NCBI GenBank assembly: GCA_045117315.1
Contig: JBGUNJ010000204.1
Span: forward strand, 4,378 to 68,377
From: Lachnospiraceae bacterium
GTDB lineage: Bacteria; Bacillota; Clostridia; Lachnospirales; Lachnospiraceae
Direction of reading: 5' to 3'
DNA length: 64,000 nt
Below the pieces are notes generated by a model. The model ran no database searches. It worked only from the letters and a program-made list of their open reading frames with translations, and was not told where the DNA came from. Each line of letters begins with the position of its first letter. Position 1 is the stretch's first letter. Of the stretch, positions 46,401-54,049 are shown one piece after another. Position numbers and translations under genes: made by a program.

Positions 46401-48188
46401 CCTTTTGAGCTGACGACTTCCAGAGAGCAGATTGAAGAAGATTGCGAGGCATGGAATGGTCGTGTACGTCTGGAAATGTATAGGGCATTAAGGGAACTTA
46501 TTGTCTTTCTTCGAAATGAGCACAGAGTAGATATTCTTAGGCTTACCAGATATGTCCCCAGGTTGAAGGGAAAAATCAGAGAGTACGTGAATGATATTTT
46601 TGATAGCCCCTATTTGACCGGCTACAATTTTTTGGAAATCTTGAAAAACACCGAGATTTTACCAACTTATAATCACGATATATTTGAATCGGCAAACAGT
46701 GGACGAGCTCTGAGGTTTCCTGAAGTGGCACATTTCCTGTTTAAACAGGGCTGTTTTGGGGAGATTGACCCTTCTTCCGTTCTTGATATTAATTCAAAAG
46801 ATTATGAAGCGGCTATTAATGCGCTGGACTGTAAGTCTGCAATGTTTGATCAGGTATTTCCTTTGCTAATGATATACTCTGATAATTACGTACATGATAA
46901 AGAATATAGAACATTACTATATGAATATTTACAGGAATCACCTCATGAATATGCTGATCAGATAAAAAAACTTGCCATTATACCTGTATATGGAAATGTT
47001 CCAGATGCCACACGATTCGTGAAGTGGCAGCCGGACAAGATATTTGTCAAGAAAAATGTAAATAAATCAACGGATGATTATTTCATCTTAAACACGGATG
47101 AGCTTTCAAAAGCTTTCTGTGAAAGAATGTTAAATGTAAACATCAATGAGATGAATGATGAATGGGAACGTAGAAAATATGACGAGAAATTTAGAGCAAT
47201 CCTTGACTGGGAGGATGTAGAAGATATTTACAATATGCTTCTCTATGAATTCAAATATGGGAATGTGCGGAGAAACTATCCTTCCGGTCTACCAATGGAT
47301 TATAAGGAACGTATCCCCCTGAAAAACAGGAATGGGGTAATCGCCCGACAGCATCTGTTCCTCTGTCGGGAAGAAGTAGAATACTTCCCTGTAGCTATAG
47401 TTAAACAGATTACAGTAGCTGATGAATGTGCAAGGATGGCTGAATCAATTGGCAGTACTGATCTCTGTGATGTACATTATGAAGATTTTAATTACGACAA
47501 GCAGTTAGACGAAGATGATATTGAAGTTTTGATGGATGATTACTTTAATAATTCAGATGAGATTCTTAGAGGCTTTTATCAAGACGGGCTTCTGTCGGAT
47601 GAATTATTAGAAGAATATAACCTGAATTATCTGGCGAATAGTCGTGTAGATGACACTATGGATGATGAAGACTTTCCTAATGATCCTGTTTATAACAGAG
47701 AACAGCTGAGAAAGCACGTGAACAAGAAATTTGCTTCGCTGGTAAAAATAATTCCAATTGTTGTCGAAAGGACCGTTTATCGGGGGAAAGACCAAAGCGG
47801 AAATGTTTTTGATTTGCAAAACCGGGATACACGCGAAGGCGCGCTTCATATTTACGCATCATCTAAAAAGTATGGAATTTGTTTCTGCCAAATGTGCAAA
47901 AAGAGGAAGCCTAGCTCATTCATTGAGGTAAATAATCTTCAGATTTTACCCAAATACTATTTTCCTCAGATGAGAGTATCATTATGCCTTGAATGCAGTA
48001 AAATCTTCGAGGGCCTCCGTAAGAATGACTCCGTGCGAAAAGAGTATTTTAATTCGATAAAAAATCAAAAGATTGGAAACGAGGGAAACATTTGTGTTCC
48101 GATTGGTAATGACGAGTCATTAACCTTTACTGCTAAACACTTGGCTGAGATTCAAGAAATATTAAAAAGGTATGGGGATGATATTTAA
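43476..48188 (+). CDS. 1570-aa protein with two sacsin/MORC-like GHKL (Bergerat-fold) ATPase modules and a C-terminal Cys4 cluster
   Basis: There are two N-box-like motifs: RFIFELIQNVDDC (from about 43752) with GEKGIGFKSVFGVADKV, and RFIQELIQNADDC (from about 45687) with GEKGVGFKTVFAVASQI. The C-terminus has CFCQMCKK...CLECSKIF. The ATG overlaps the upstream stop by 8 nt, with gaggaga upstream. Confidence 0.8.
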   Translation: MLREINELYGNTDCRDLGSRQLEELRDGLKNVSPEEIKSSSDGIMYIKLLHMFRFAVAENDKFHGENYPSLLNSLLSVGEDGLYSNNLRFIFELIQNVDDCDYPNSENCRLDMQFRFDEDEIILTYNEVGFTPFNVFAITGIAEAAKNISSSKNEIGEKGIGFKSVFGVADKVLIQSGWFSFILNKENFTVPISAYSSSSDPYIEGTKMTLYVPGKAKLIYSQIKNQYCKKEAIFSRNPLLFLNKLTSLNIFFDEWRRMEFHVSKKAHMTEGGIHREDNIQVFVDLHDYDNGRDTNVTESFMCTRYTLPVTYSREACQARYGDNTKVGENGGKRMLLQAVLPTPEHVADVGNGSLYSFLPTQLKLTVPIVIHVPFKLDASREFVDPQNHNRWFLESSQKLSELMEYLYKDWCKTVRSDIVFFLPGARESLFAPNNGKEKCLSDNKDFQGIHFLKMPVFITTDDEYCPHQDVFSFNPDENVMDPERVYKMLMVEENLFLVPETVNPRKYDIKIFKDAAKELLQKAISNPNVTEEALEYLDSVSYLYGPKDIPDNKQISLTCRQIEIIMKHEQLAKIFTEVTCRLLKMQKNIQVSIADLKPVPIHKAVQAGFDKSETPKRVERYLDKVNLQSVCLDIKDNQYLPCSNGLVLSMANPTSSLASLCFAVDEKDTFAIRIKLKEASERLNQFIEDDAGSAEDYLRELRNIRLTVRDSLGNEGYKSYINLILRSGTERKRFIQELIQNADDCVYDKDIIPAFYLQQDGSKVVTQYNEEGFTRENIRSITAIGESTKNRLLKGEYQTIGEKGVGFKTVFAVASQINIFSGEYNFSLTDEAPTIPKIYKRTDLSRVDGTRMEIFLKGNRNIIDFNEKNILELCLCLRQLKEITIGPHKINISDTDDTRTLVIDGRKQVFRKFVHKFEISDPDAIKERARGMHVVLPQQQIICYVPERFGSQEYHIYSGLPTRHMVKIPVAFDAPFELTTSREQIEEDCEAWNGRVRLEMYRALRELIVFLRNEHRVDILRLTRYVPRLKGKIREYVNDIFDSPYLTGYNFLEILKNTEILPTYNHDIFESANSGRALRFPEVAHFLFKQGCFGEIDPSSVLDINSKDYEAAINALDCKSAMFDQVFPLLMIYSDNYVHDKEYRTLLYEYLQESPHEYADQIKKLAIIPVYGNVPDATRFVKWQPDKIFVKKNVNKSTDDYFILNTDELSKAFCERMLNVNINEMNDEWERRKYDEKFRAILDWEDVEDIYNMLLYEFKYGNVRRNYPSGLPMDYKERIPLKNRNGVIARQHLFLCREEVEYFPVAIVKQITVADECARMAESIGSTDLCDVHYEDFNYDKQLDEDDIEVLMDDYFNNSDEILRGFYQDGLLSDELLEEYNLNYLANSRVDDTMDDEDFPNDPVYNREQLRKHVNKKFASLVKIIPIVVERTVYRGKDQSGNVFDLQNRDTREGALHIYASSKKYGICFCQMCKKRKPSSFIEVNNLQILPKYYFPQMRVSLCLECSKIFEGLRKNDSVRKEYFNSIKNQKIGNEGNICVPIGNDESLTFTAKHLAEIQEILKRYGDDI

Positions 48189-48623
48189 TCATAAATATAC
48201 CGATACTTTGAAACTTCAGGTTGCGAAGTATGAATTATAGCAGATTATGCCATATACTAAAGATTGTTGTGACAATTAGGAATGTTTGATGATTCTTGGA
48301 TTATCGGGACATCGTTCCTGTAACTTTCGGACAAGATTCCTGAATTATCTGGACAAACTTACATCTTATAAAAGGTGGCCTTAGGGTGTTTTAAACATTC
48401 TAAGGCTGTACCATATGCTATGCACATCTACAAAAAGACCTTCAAAAGAGTGCAGATGAATAGATGTAGAAGATAACTGCTGCGATGGAAAACGTATGCA
48501 GGATACTAATGCAAGCGCAGAGTTGCAACGATATCACGCCAAAACATCTGGCAGGAGCACCGGCAAAAAGTAAAGAAATCCATTTTGGTAATTGGTTTTT
48601 AGGTAAATAATTGAGAGGAAGTC

Positions 48624-49355
48624 ATGAAACTTGAACTAATTCAGACAAACATCGTCAATGTTTCAGCGGACGTGATTGTCCTGCCTGCCAATACAATGCT
48701 GAAGGAAGGAAGCGGTGCTTCCACTGCTATTTTCGAAGCTGCCGGACGCAGAAAACTCACCCAGGCATGTAAGAAGATTGGCTCGTGTCCGGCGGGAAGC
48801 GCGGTTCCGACATTGGCATTTAATCTGAATGCGAAATATATCATCCATGCAGTGGTTTCCAAATGGATCGACGGAAACCACGAAGAGTACGATCTGCTCA
48901 GCTCTGCTTATCTGTCTTCATTGAAAATTGCTGATGTTATGGGCTGCCAATCGATTGCATTTCCTCTGCTTGCTTCCGGGAATAATGGATACGATAAAGA
49001 ATTGGCATTTCAGATAGCAAAGGAAAGCATTGAATCTTTTGAAGGAAGCAGCCTGAAAAAAGCGGAACTTGTAGTCTATGGTTCCCGGATTACCGCGTGG
49101 CTCAGGGAACAGGGAAATGAAGTGATTGAAATTCCTGAAGATTTGGAAAAAGAGCGACAGAAGCAGGCTCATAAAGAGAAGGCAAAGCAATTTGCCGAAG
49201 AAGGAAAGGAAATAGCATATCGCTTCCTCGAAGACCAGATACAAAAAGGATTGGATTATCTGAAGGTGAAAGAAAACCGGGAAGAGCTTTTGAAGAAAGC
49301 CGTGAAAAATGTCAGAAAAGCAAAGAGTAAAAAAGAGAAGGAAAATATAAAATAA
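48624..49355 (+). CDS. Macro-domain protein with a K/E-rich C-terminal tail
   Basis: NIVNVSADVIVLPANTML..GSGASTAIFEAAG...AKYIIHAV...SIAFPLLASGNNGY matches the macro (ADP-ribose-binding/hydrolase) layout. RBS gagaggaag. Confidence 0.75.
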   Translation: MKLELIQTNIVNVSADVIVLPANTMLKEGSGASTAIFEAAGRRKLTQACKKIGSCPAGSAVPTLAFNLNAKYIIHAVVSKWIDGNHEEYDLLSSAYLSSLKIADVMGCQSIAFPLLASGNNGYDKELAFQIAKESIESFEGSSLKKAELVVYGSRITAWLREQGNEVIEIPEDLEKERQKQAHKEKAKQFAEEGKEIAYRFLEDQIQKGLDYLKVKENREELLKKAVKNVRKAKSKKEKENIK

Positions 49356-49425
49356 ACAATTATAGATAGAAACATCTGTGTCTGAAAAAATAAATATTAT
49401 TTTATTGAAGCTGGGACTTTACGAC

Positions 49426-50127
49426 ATGATTGATATATCTTTCGATTTCCGATCGGATTCAAAGGGCAGGGATCCTGATACCTATAGCCCGACATTAAAT
49501 GCATATCACAGAGCCCTGTGGAGCAAAGAGCTTCCTAACGGTCAGGTGATGGAGTTGCAATCGAAGAGCGCTCCTTTTGTCCTGAACTGGAGAGACTTCT
49601 ATTTCACAAGTGATACGATCATTGTTGAAATGAGTCATTCCAAGAACAGGAAGATCATGGACCGGGTATATGAACAGGTTGAGGACTTTGAGGAGTACTA
49701 TCAGCATCTGCTGCACAGGTCATATACAATTGGAAGCATGATTATATTCCCAGTGCATGCCAATAGCATGAACCAGAGAAGGGGAACAAATATCAAGATC
49801 TCTGACCGATGGGATCTGACCCTTGAGTGTATCCGCAGGCATTATGCCGGAGAGGAGAGTCCGCTTTCGAAAGTGATTGAAGCCGACAAGTCCTTCTATG
49901 ATTTATTTGTAGACTTCAAAGGATACGTGGATTTCTTTTTTCTCCAGGACTGCGTTTCGGAGGATTATTCTTCAGTCAATATATGGATGGGAGATGCATC
50001 CTTCGAGAAAAGCGGTTTACCGGATACTGTGAAAGAGTATTTGAACTTTCTCGTTAAGGAACATATCTTTTTGGATAAGCGAAACCGGAGGATTCAGGAA
50101 TACTGTATAACACACAAATTGCTTTGA
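49426..50127 (+). CDS. Conserved-looking hypothetical protein; start is ATG 49426 or GTG 49378
   Basis: ORF tightly following the macro gene, with MIDISFDFRSDSKGRDPDTYSPTLNAYHRALWSKELPNG... and ...ISDRWDLTLECIRRHY. I cannot name the family with confidence. Confidence 0.6.
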   Translation: MIDISFDFRSDSKGRDPDTYSPTLNAYHRALWSKELPNGQVMELQSKSAPFVLNWRDFYFTSDTIIVEMSHSKNRKIMDRVYEQVEDFEEYYQHLLHRSYTIGSMIIFPVHANSMNQRRGTNIKISDRWDLTLECIRRHYAGEESPLSKVIEADKSFYDLFVDFKGYVDFFFLQDCVSEDYSSVNIWMGDASFEKSGLPDTVKEYLNFLVKEHIFLDKRNRRIQEYCITHKLL

Positions 50128-50305
50128 TAAGAGGGGACGGTAAGTATCCGGCAGGATATTTCAGTACTATGAGGCATAATACATGAGACAAAAAGGACGC
50201 ACTGAATGCTGCGAAATGTGGGAGTATTCCAGGAGAAGACACGTCTATTGATTTCCGTGTCACCGAAGGATATATTGTATTGATATTGACTGGGGGAAGA
50301 CTGTA

Positions 50306-50824
50306 ATGTTGGACACTATGTTTACACTGAAATACTTCTTTATGGGTACTGTTTTTGGTGGATCAGTGCTTTTGCTTGGAAGTGGGCTGGCCACGAGTTC
50401 AAATGATCAGGCTTTTGCTCTGCTTCTTATCGTAGTGGGAATCGCAGCGTTGGCGATAGGGCTGTGGGATTTATATAAGCGGATCAAGCTAATGCATGAT
50501 GTTCGGCTATCTCCTGACTATGAAGCTATGGAAGCTGATTTTGCTGCTTCGGAAAGCTTTTTGGATGGATGTATCTTTGTTGGAAAAAAATATCTGTTCA
50601 GTGTTTACGACGGAAGCATAGTTCAACGCGAGGACTTGTCGAATGTTTACCTGAAAGTTTCCGTACATTCACGGGGAGGTACAACAATGGATTTGAAAGC
50701 CGATATACCGCGGGGAACCGATGTTGTACTCGCCAGGTGTGGGTATGATACTGAAAAAAAGAAAGAGGCTGAGCGGTTGGAGAATGCTCTTGGAATCCAG
50801 ATTCGAAGAATTGGTTTGGATTAA
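50306..50824 (+). CDS. Small membrane protein, function unknown
   Basis: Two N-terminal hydrophobic helices (FFMGTVFGGSVLLLGSGLA; FALLLIVVGIAALAIGLW). RBS gggggaag lies upstream. Confidence 0.55.
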   Translation: MLDTMFTLKYFFMGTVFGGSVLLLGSGLATSSNDQAFALLLIVVGIAALAIGLWDLYKRIKLMHDVRLSPDYEAMEADFAASESFLDGCIFVGKKYLFSVYDGSIVQREDLSNVYLKVSVHSRGGTTMDLKADIPRGTDVVLARCGYDTEKKKEAERLENALGIQIRRIGLD

Positions 50825-51077
50825 GGAGCAGATGTGGCATATAGAAGATTTGTATCCGGGATTGATAGCAATCTGAAGATGTCGGGAGAAATGTCTCTCA
50901 TCTGTCGAGAATCAGTAAATATATTGGAGCTCCTTTGAAGGAACCGTGAAGGCTGAAACGGCCGTTTCCCTGGCCACAAGTAAGAGGTTTTCTTTTTTAC
51001 CACAGCTTTTTCAGGAATAGTACTTTCCATTCACCCTGTGAGGGCTGATGAATCATCTTTGTGGAGAGGAATAGATC

Positions 51078-52880
51078 TTGTATCATATAGAACAGACAAA
51101 AACCGGATTTGCCGTATGGAACGAGGACAATCCGGGGATAATCTTCATGGAGGGGCCCGGGCTGTTTTCGTGGATAGAAAACAGTGAAGGGATCACGATC
51201 AAAGGCTATAAGGGAAACTATCCGGAGATTTTCATTCCAGAGATTATTGACGGAAAGCCCGTGACTAAAATAGGCCGAAGAGCGTTTCATGAATGTAAAA
51301 TTCTGAAAAGCGTGGGAATCCCTGAAAGTGTGGCTGTTATTGGTGACTTGGCTTTCAGCAGATGTGACAGCCTGACGGATATCTCAATCCCGTCCAGTCT
51401 GACCCATATAGGGGATAATGCGTTCTGTCATTGCTCAAGCCTGCGGCGGGTGGAGTTCCCCGACAGCCTGAAAACCATCGGATATTCCGCGTTTTATGGC
51501 TGCCGCAGCCTGACAGAGGTAACCATCCCGCGCAGCGTGACAGAGATCGGGACGGCAGCCTTCTCCGATTGCGCAAGCCTTGGGGTAATTGCGGTCGCGC
51601 AGGATAATCCTGTTTACAGTTCTGAAGACGGATGTCTTTATAACAGCGATTATACCGGGTTGATCTGCTGCCCTGCCGGAAAAACAGGGATGGTGAGTAT
51701 CCGGCAGGGCGTGACCTGCCTGAGGTGGGGAGCCTTTAAATGCTGCGGCGGACTTACGGAAATCAGGATCCCGGACAGCGTGAAAGCAATAAGGAGTGAA
51801 GCCTTCTCTGGCTGCGGCAGCCTGAAGAACATAACAATTCCCGACAGCGTGACCAACATGGGCAGTAACGTGTTTGAGGGATGCGTGCTCTTGACGCGCA
51901 TTGTGATTCCGCGCGGCGCAGTTTCTTTTGACGCGTCCGCTTTTCTGGGCTGCACCAATCTGACCGACATTGAAGTCGTTACGGAAAATCCGATATTTGC
52001 TTCCGCCGACGGTTTACTGTACACGAAGGATTATTCCGCACTGGTCTGCTGTCCCCCTGGGAAAACGGGTTCTGTACGGATTCTTTCGGGTGTGGAAAGA
52101 ATATGGAGTCAGGCATTCCAAGGCTGTTACCGGATCACCAGTGTGGAGATTCCGGACAGCGCGAGAGGGGCCTGGTGGAATTCGTTTTATGACTGCGGCA
52201 GCCTGACAGAGGTCAGGGCATCCGAATGGTTCAAAGCCCGTTTTGCTGATTGCTTTATGGGCAGTCCCTGGTTTAAAAACCAGGGCTGGATCGAAGCAGG
52301 ATTCTTTGAAGACACAACCTGGATCCTGCAGGCAGATGATACTCTGAGGATGGTTTGTGACGGAGATATGGGTGGCTACGATGTGGCCAAGATATTATGG
52401 TTCGGATGGAAAAAGGTCAAGGACCGCGTGCGGCGCCTGACTGTCGACGACGGCGCGAACTCTGTTGGCAGCTTCGCTTTCGATGGGTTCCAGAACATGA
52501 CGGAAGCAGTGCTCCCGGACGGCCTTACCCGGATCGGCTTCCGTGCTTTCTCCCGCTGCCGCCGTCTGAAACAGATTGTCATTCCGGACAGCCTTACGGA
52601 GATTGGCACGGCGGCATTTAAAGGCTGTAAGAGCCTTGAGAATATTGTGATCCCGGAGAATGTCCGTGTGATCGGCCACAGTGCCTTCGCTTACTGCAGC
52701 GGCCTGGTTTCAGTCACGCTGCCCAACAGCGAAGTCCGGATTCAGTCGAATGCTTTCAAGGAATGCGATAGCCTGAAGGAGATCCGCTGCATCGGAAAAG
52801 AAGAAAACTGGAAAGAAGTGATCAATGTCCTGCCCCGGTATTTCGGGCTTGAGATCCGCTTTATCGAAGAAGAGTCGTGA
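51078..52880 (+). CDS. BspA-type leucine-rich repeat protein with no obvious signal peptide
   Basis: Many IP(D/E)SVxxIGxxAFxxCxSLxxIxIP repeats. TTG start at 51078 is preceded by ggagagga. This segment is G+C-rich, unlike its flanks. Confidence 0.75.
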   Translation: MYHIEQTKTGFAVWNEDNPGIIFMEGPGLFSWIENSEGITIKGYKGNYPEIFIPEIIDGKPVTKIGRRAFHECKILKSVGIPESVAVIGDLAFSRCDSLTDISIPSSLTHIGDNAFCHCSSLRRVEFPDSLKTIGYSAFYGCRSLTEVTIPRSVTEIGTAAFSDCASLGVIAVAQDNPVYSSEDGCLYNSDYTGLICCPAGKTGMVSIRQGVTCLRWGAFKCCGGLTEIRIPDSVKAIRSEAFSGCGSLKNITIPDSVTNMGSNVFEGCVLLTRIVIPRGAVSFDASAFLGCTNLTDIEVVTENPIFASADGLLYTKDYSALVCCPPGKTGSVRILSGVERIWSQAFQGCYRITSVEIPDSARGAWWNSFYDCGSLTEVRASEWFKARFADCFMGSPWFKNQGWIEAGFFEDTTWILQADDTLRMVCDGDMGGYDVAKILWFGWKKVKDRVRRLTVDDGANSVGSFAFDGFQNMTEAVLPDGLTRIGFRAFSRCRRLKQIVIPDSLTEIGTAAFKGCKSLENIVIPENVRVIGHSAFAYCSGLVSVTLPNSEVRIQSNAFKECDSLKEIRCIGKEENWKEVINVLPRYFGLEIRFIEEES

Positions 52881-53027
52881 CGGGAATGGACATCTGTGGA
52901 TAATGAAACCAGGCGGGGAGTGAATAATAAGAAAACATAAAAAACTAATAACGACAATCCAAAGGACGGAGAATGGATGGTCTGTGAAAAGAAAGGGACT
53001 TTATTTCAGTCCCAAGAGGCATAATAC

Positions 53028-53948
53028 ATGAGGCATAAAGAATACACTATCCAGACATATACAGATATCAGCAAGATTCCCTATGGTCACGCAAGCTCGG
53101 AGATTACTCCCGGCTGCATTGTCCTGGAGGGCGGCGCTTTCCGAGGGCTCTACAACCAGGGCGTGCTGGATGCGCTGATGAAGAACGACATCAATTTTGC
53201 CTGTACTATAGGCACGAGTGCCGGCGCGCTGGCCGGTTTTAACTATACGGCAGGCCTGATCGGAAGGTCCGCGAGAGTCAACCTGACCTACCGCCACTAC
53301 ACGGATTACGTTGGCTGGGGCGCTCTTGCCCACGCCCACAGTCCGGTCCGGCTGGACTTCCTTTTCAATGAATACAATGAGATAGAACCCTTTGATGAAG
53401 AGGCCTTCTTTTCTCCTAAACGGCGCTTTGTGGCCGTCGCCACAGACTGCCTCACAGGAAAGCCGGCATATTTTGAGAAAGGCGAGTGCCGGGATATTTT
53501 CAGCGCAATCAAGGCTTCCGCATCCATGCCCTTTATCTCACCCATGGTGGACGTGGACGGAAGGCCCTGCCTGGATGGCGGGTGCAGCTGCAAGATTCCC
53601 TACCGGTGGGCACTGGACCAGGGATTTAACAAGATCATAGTGGTCCGTACCAAAGATCCGACCTTCCGCAGAAAGGTTTCGAAGAGAAGACACCGGCTCC
53701 ATGCTTATAGCAAATACCCGGCTTTTGCCAAAAGCCTTGCAAACAGCAACCGCAATTACAATCACCAGTGTGACGAGATTGAGAAGCTGGAAAAGAAAGG
53801 GCGGCTCTTTGTGATCGCACCCTCCCAAAAAGTCACTGTCAGCCGCCTGGAGGGGAACATGGATAAACTCGGCAGCCTTTACTGGCTGGGTTATAACGAC
53901 ATGTTAAACCAGCTGGATTCCCTGCGGAATTACCTTGAGAAGAACTGA
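53028..53948 (+). CDS. Patatin-like phospholipase
   Basis: GGAFRGLY (oxyanion GGxRG), GTSAGAL (GxSxG nucleophile) and LDGG (catalytic Asp) are present. RBS aagagg. Confidence 0.85.
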   Translation: MRHKEYTIQTYTDISKIPYGHASSEITPGCIVLEGGAFRGLYNQGVLDALMKNDINFACTIGTSAGALAGFNYTAGLIGRSARVNLTYRHYTDYVGWGALAHAHSPVRLDFLFNEYNEIEPFDEEAFFSPKRRFVAVATDCLTGKPAYFEKGECRDIFSAIKASASMPFISPMVDVDGRPCLDGGCSCKIPYRWALDQGFNKIIVVRTKDPTFRRKVSKRRHRLHAYSKYPAFAKSLANSNRNYNHQCDEIEKLEKKGRLFVIAPSQKVTVSRLEGNMDKLGSLYWLGYNDMLNQLDSLRNYLEKN

Positions 53949-54049
53949 TTGATAAAGAGCATAGGATATCATCTGTGTGAGAACTGACATTTCAGAGGCT
54001 GATGTTTTCAGCGGAAATCCTGAATTGCATCGAAAAAGAGATGGAGGCG

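Noticed and set aside
48189-48623. 435-bp non-coding gap after the GHKL gene; a short frame (…VCRILMQAQS…ITPKHLAG…) faintly recalls an IS3-type transposase N-terminus
   Set aside because: The resemblance is a few residues only. There is no extended ORF and no inverted repeats. The evidence is not enough to call a mobile-element remnant.
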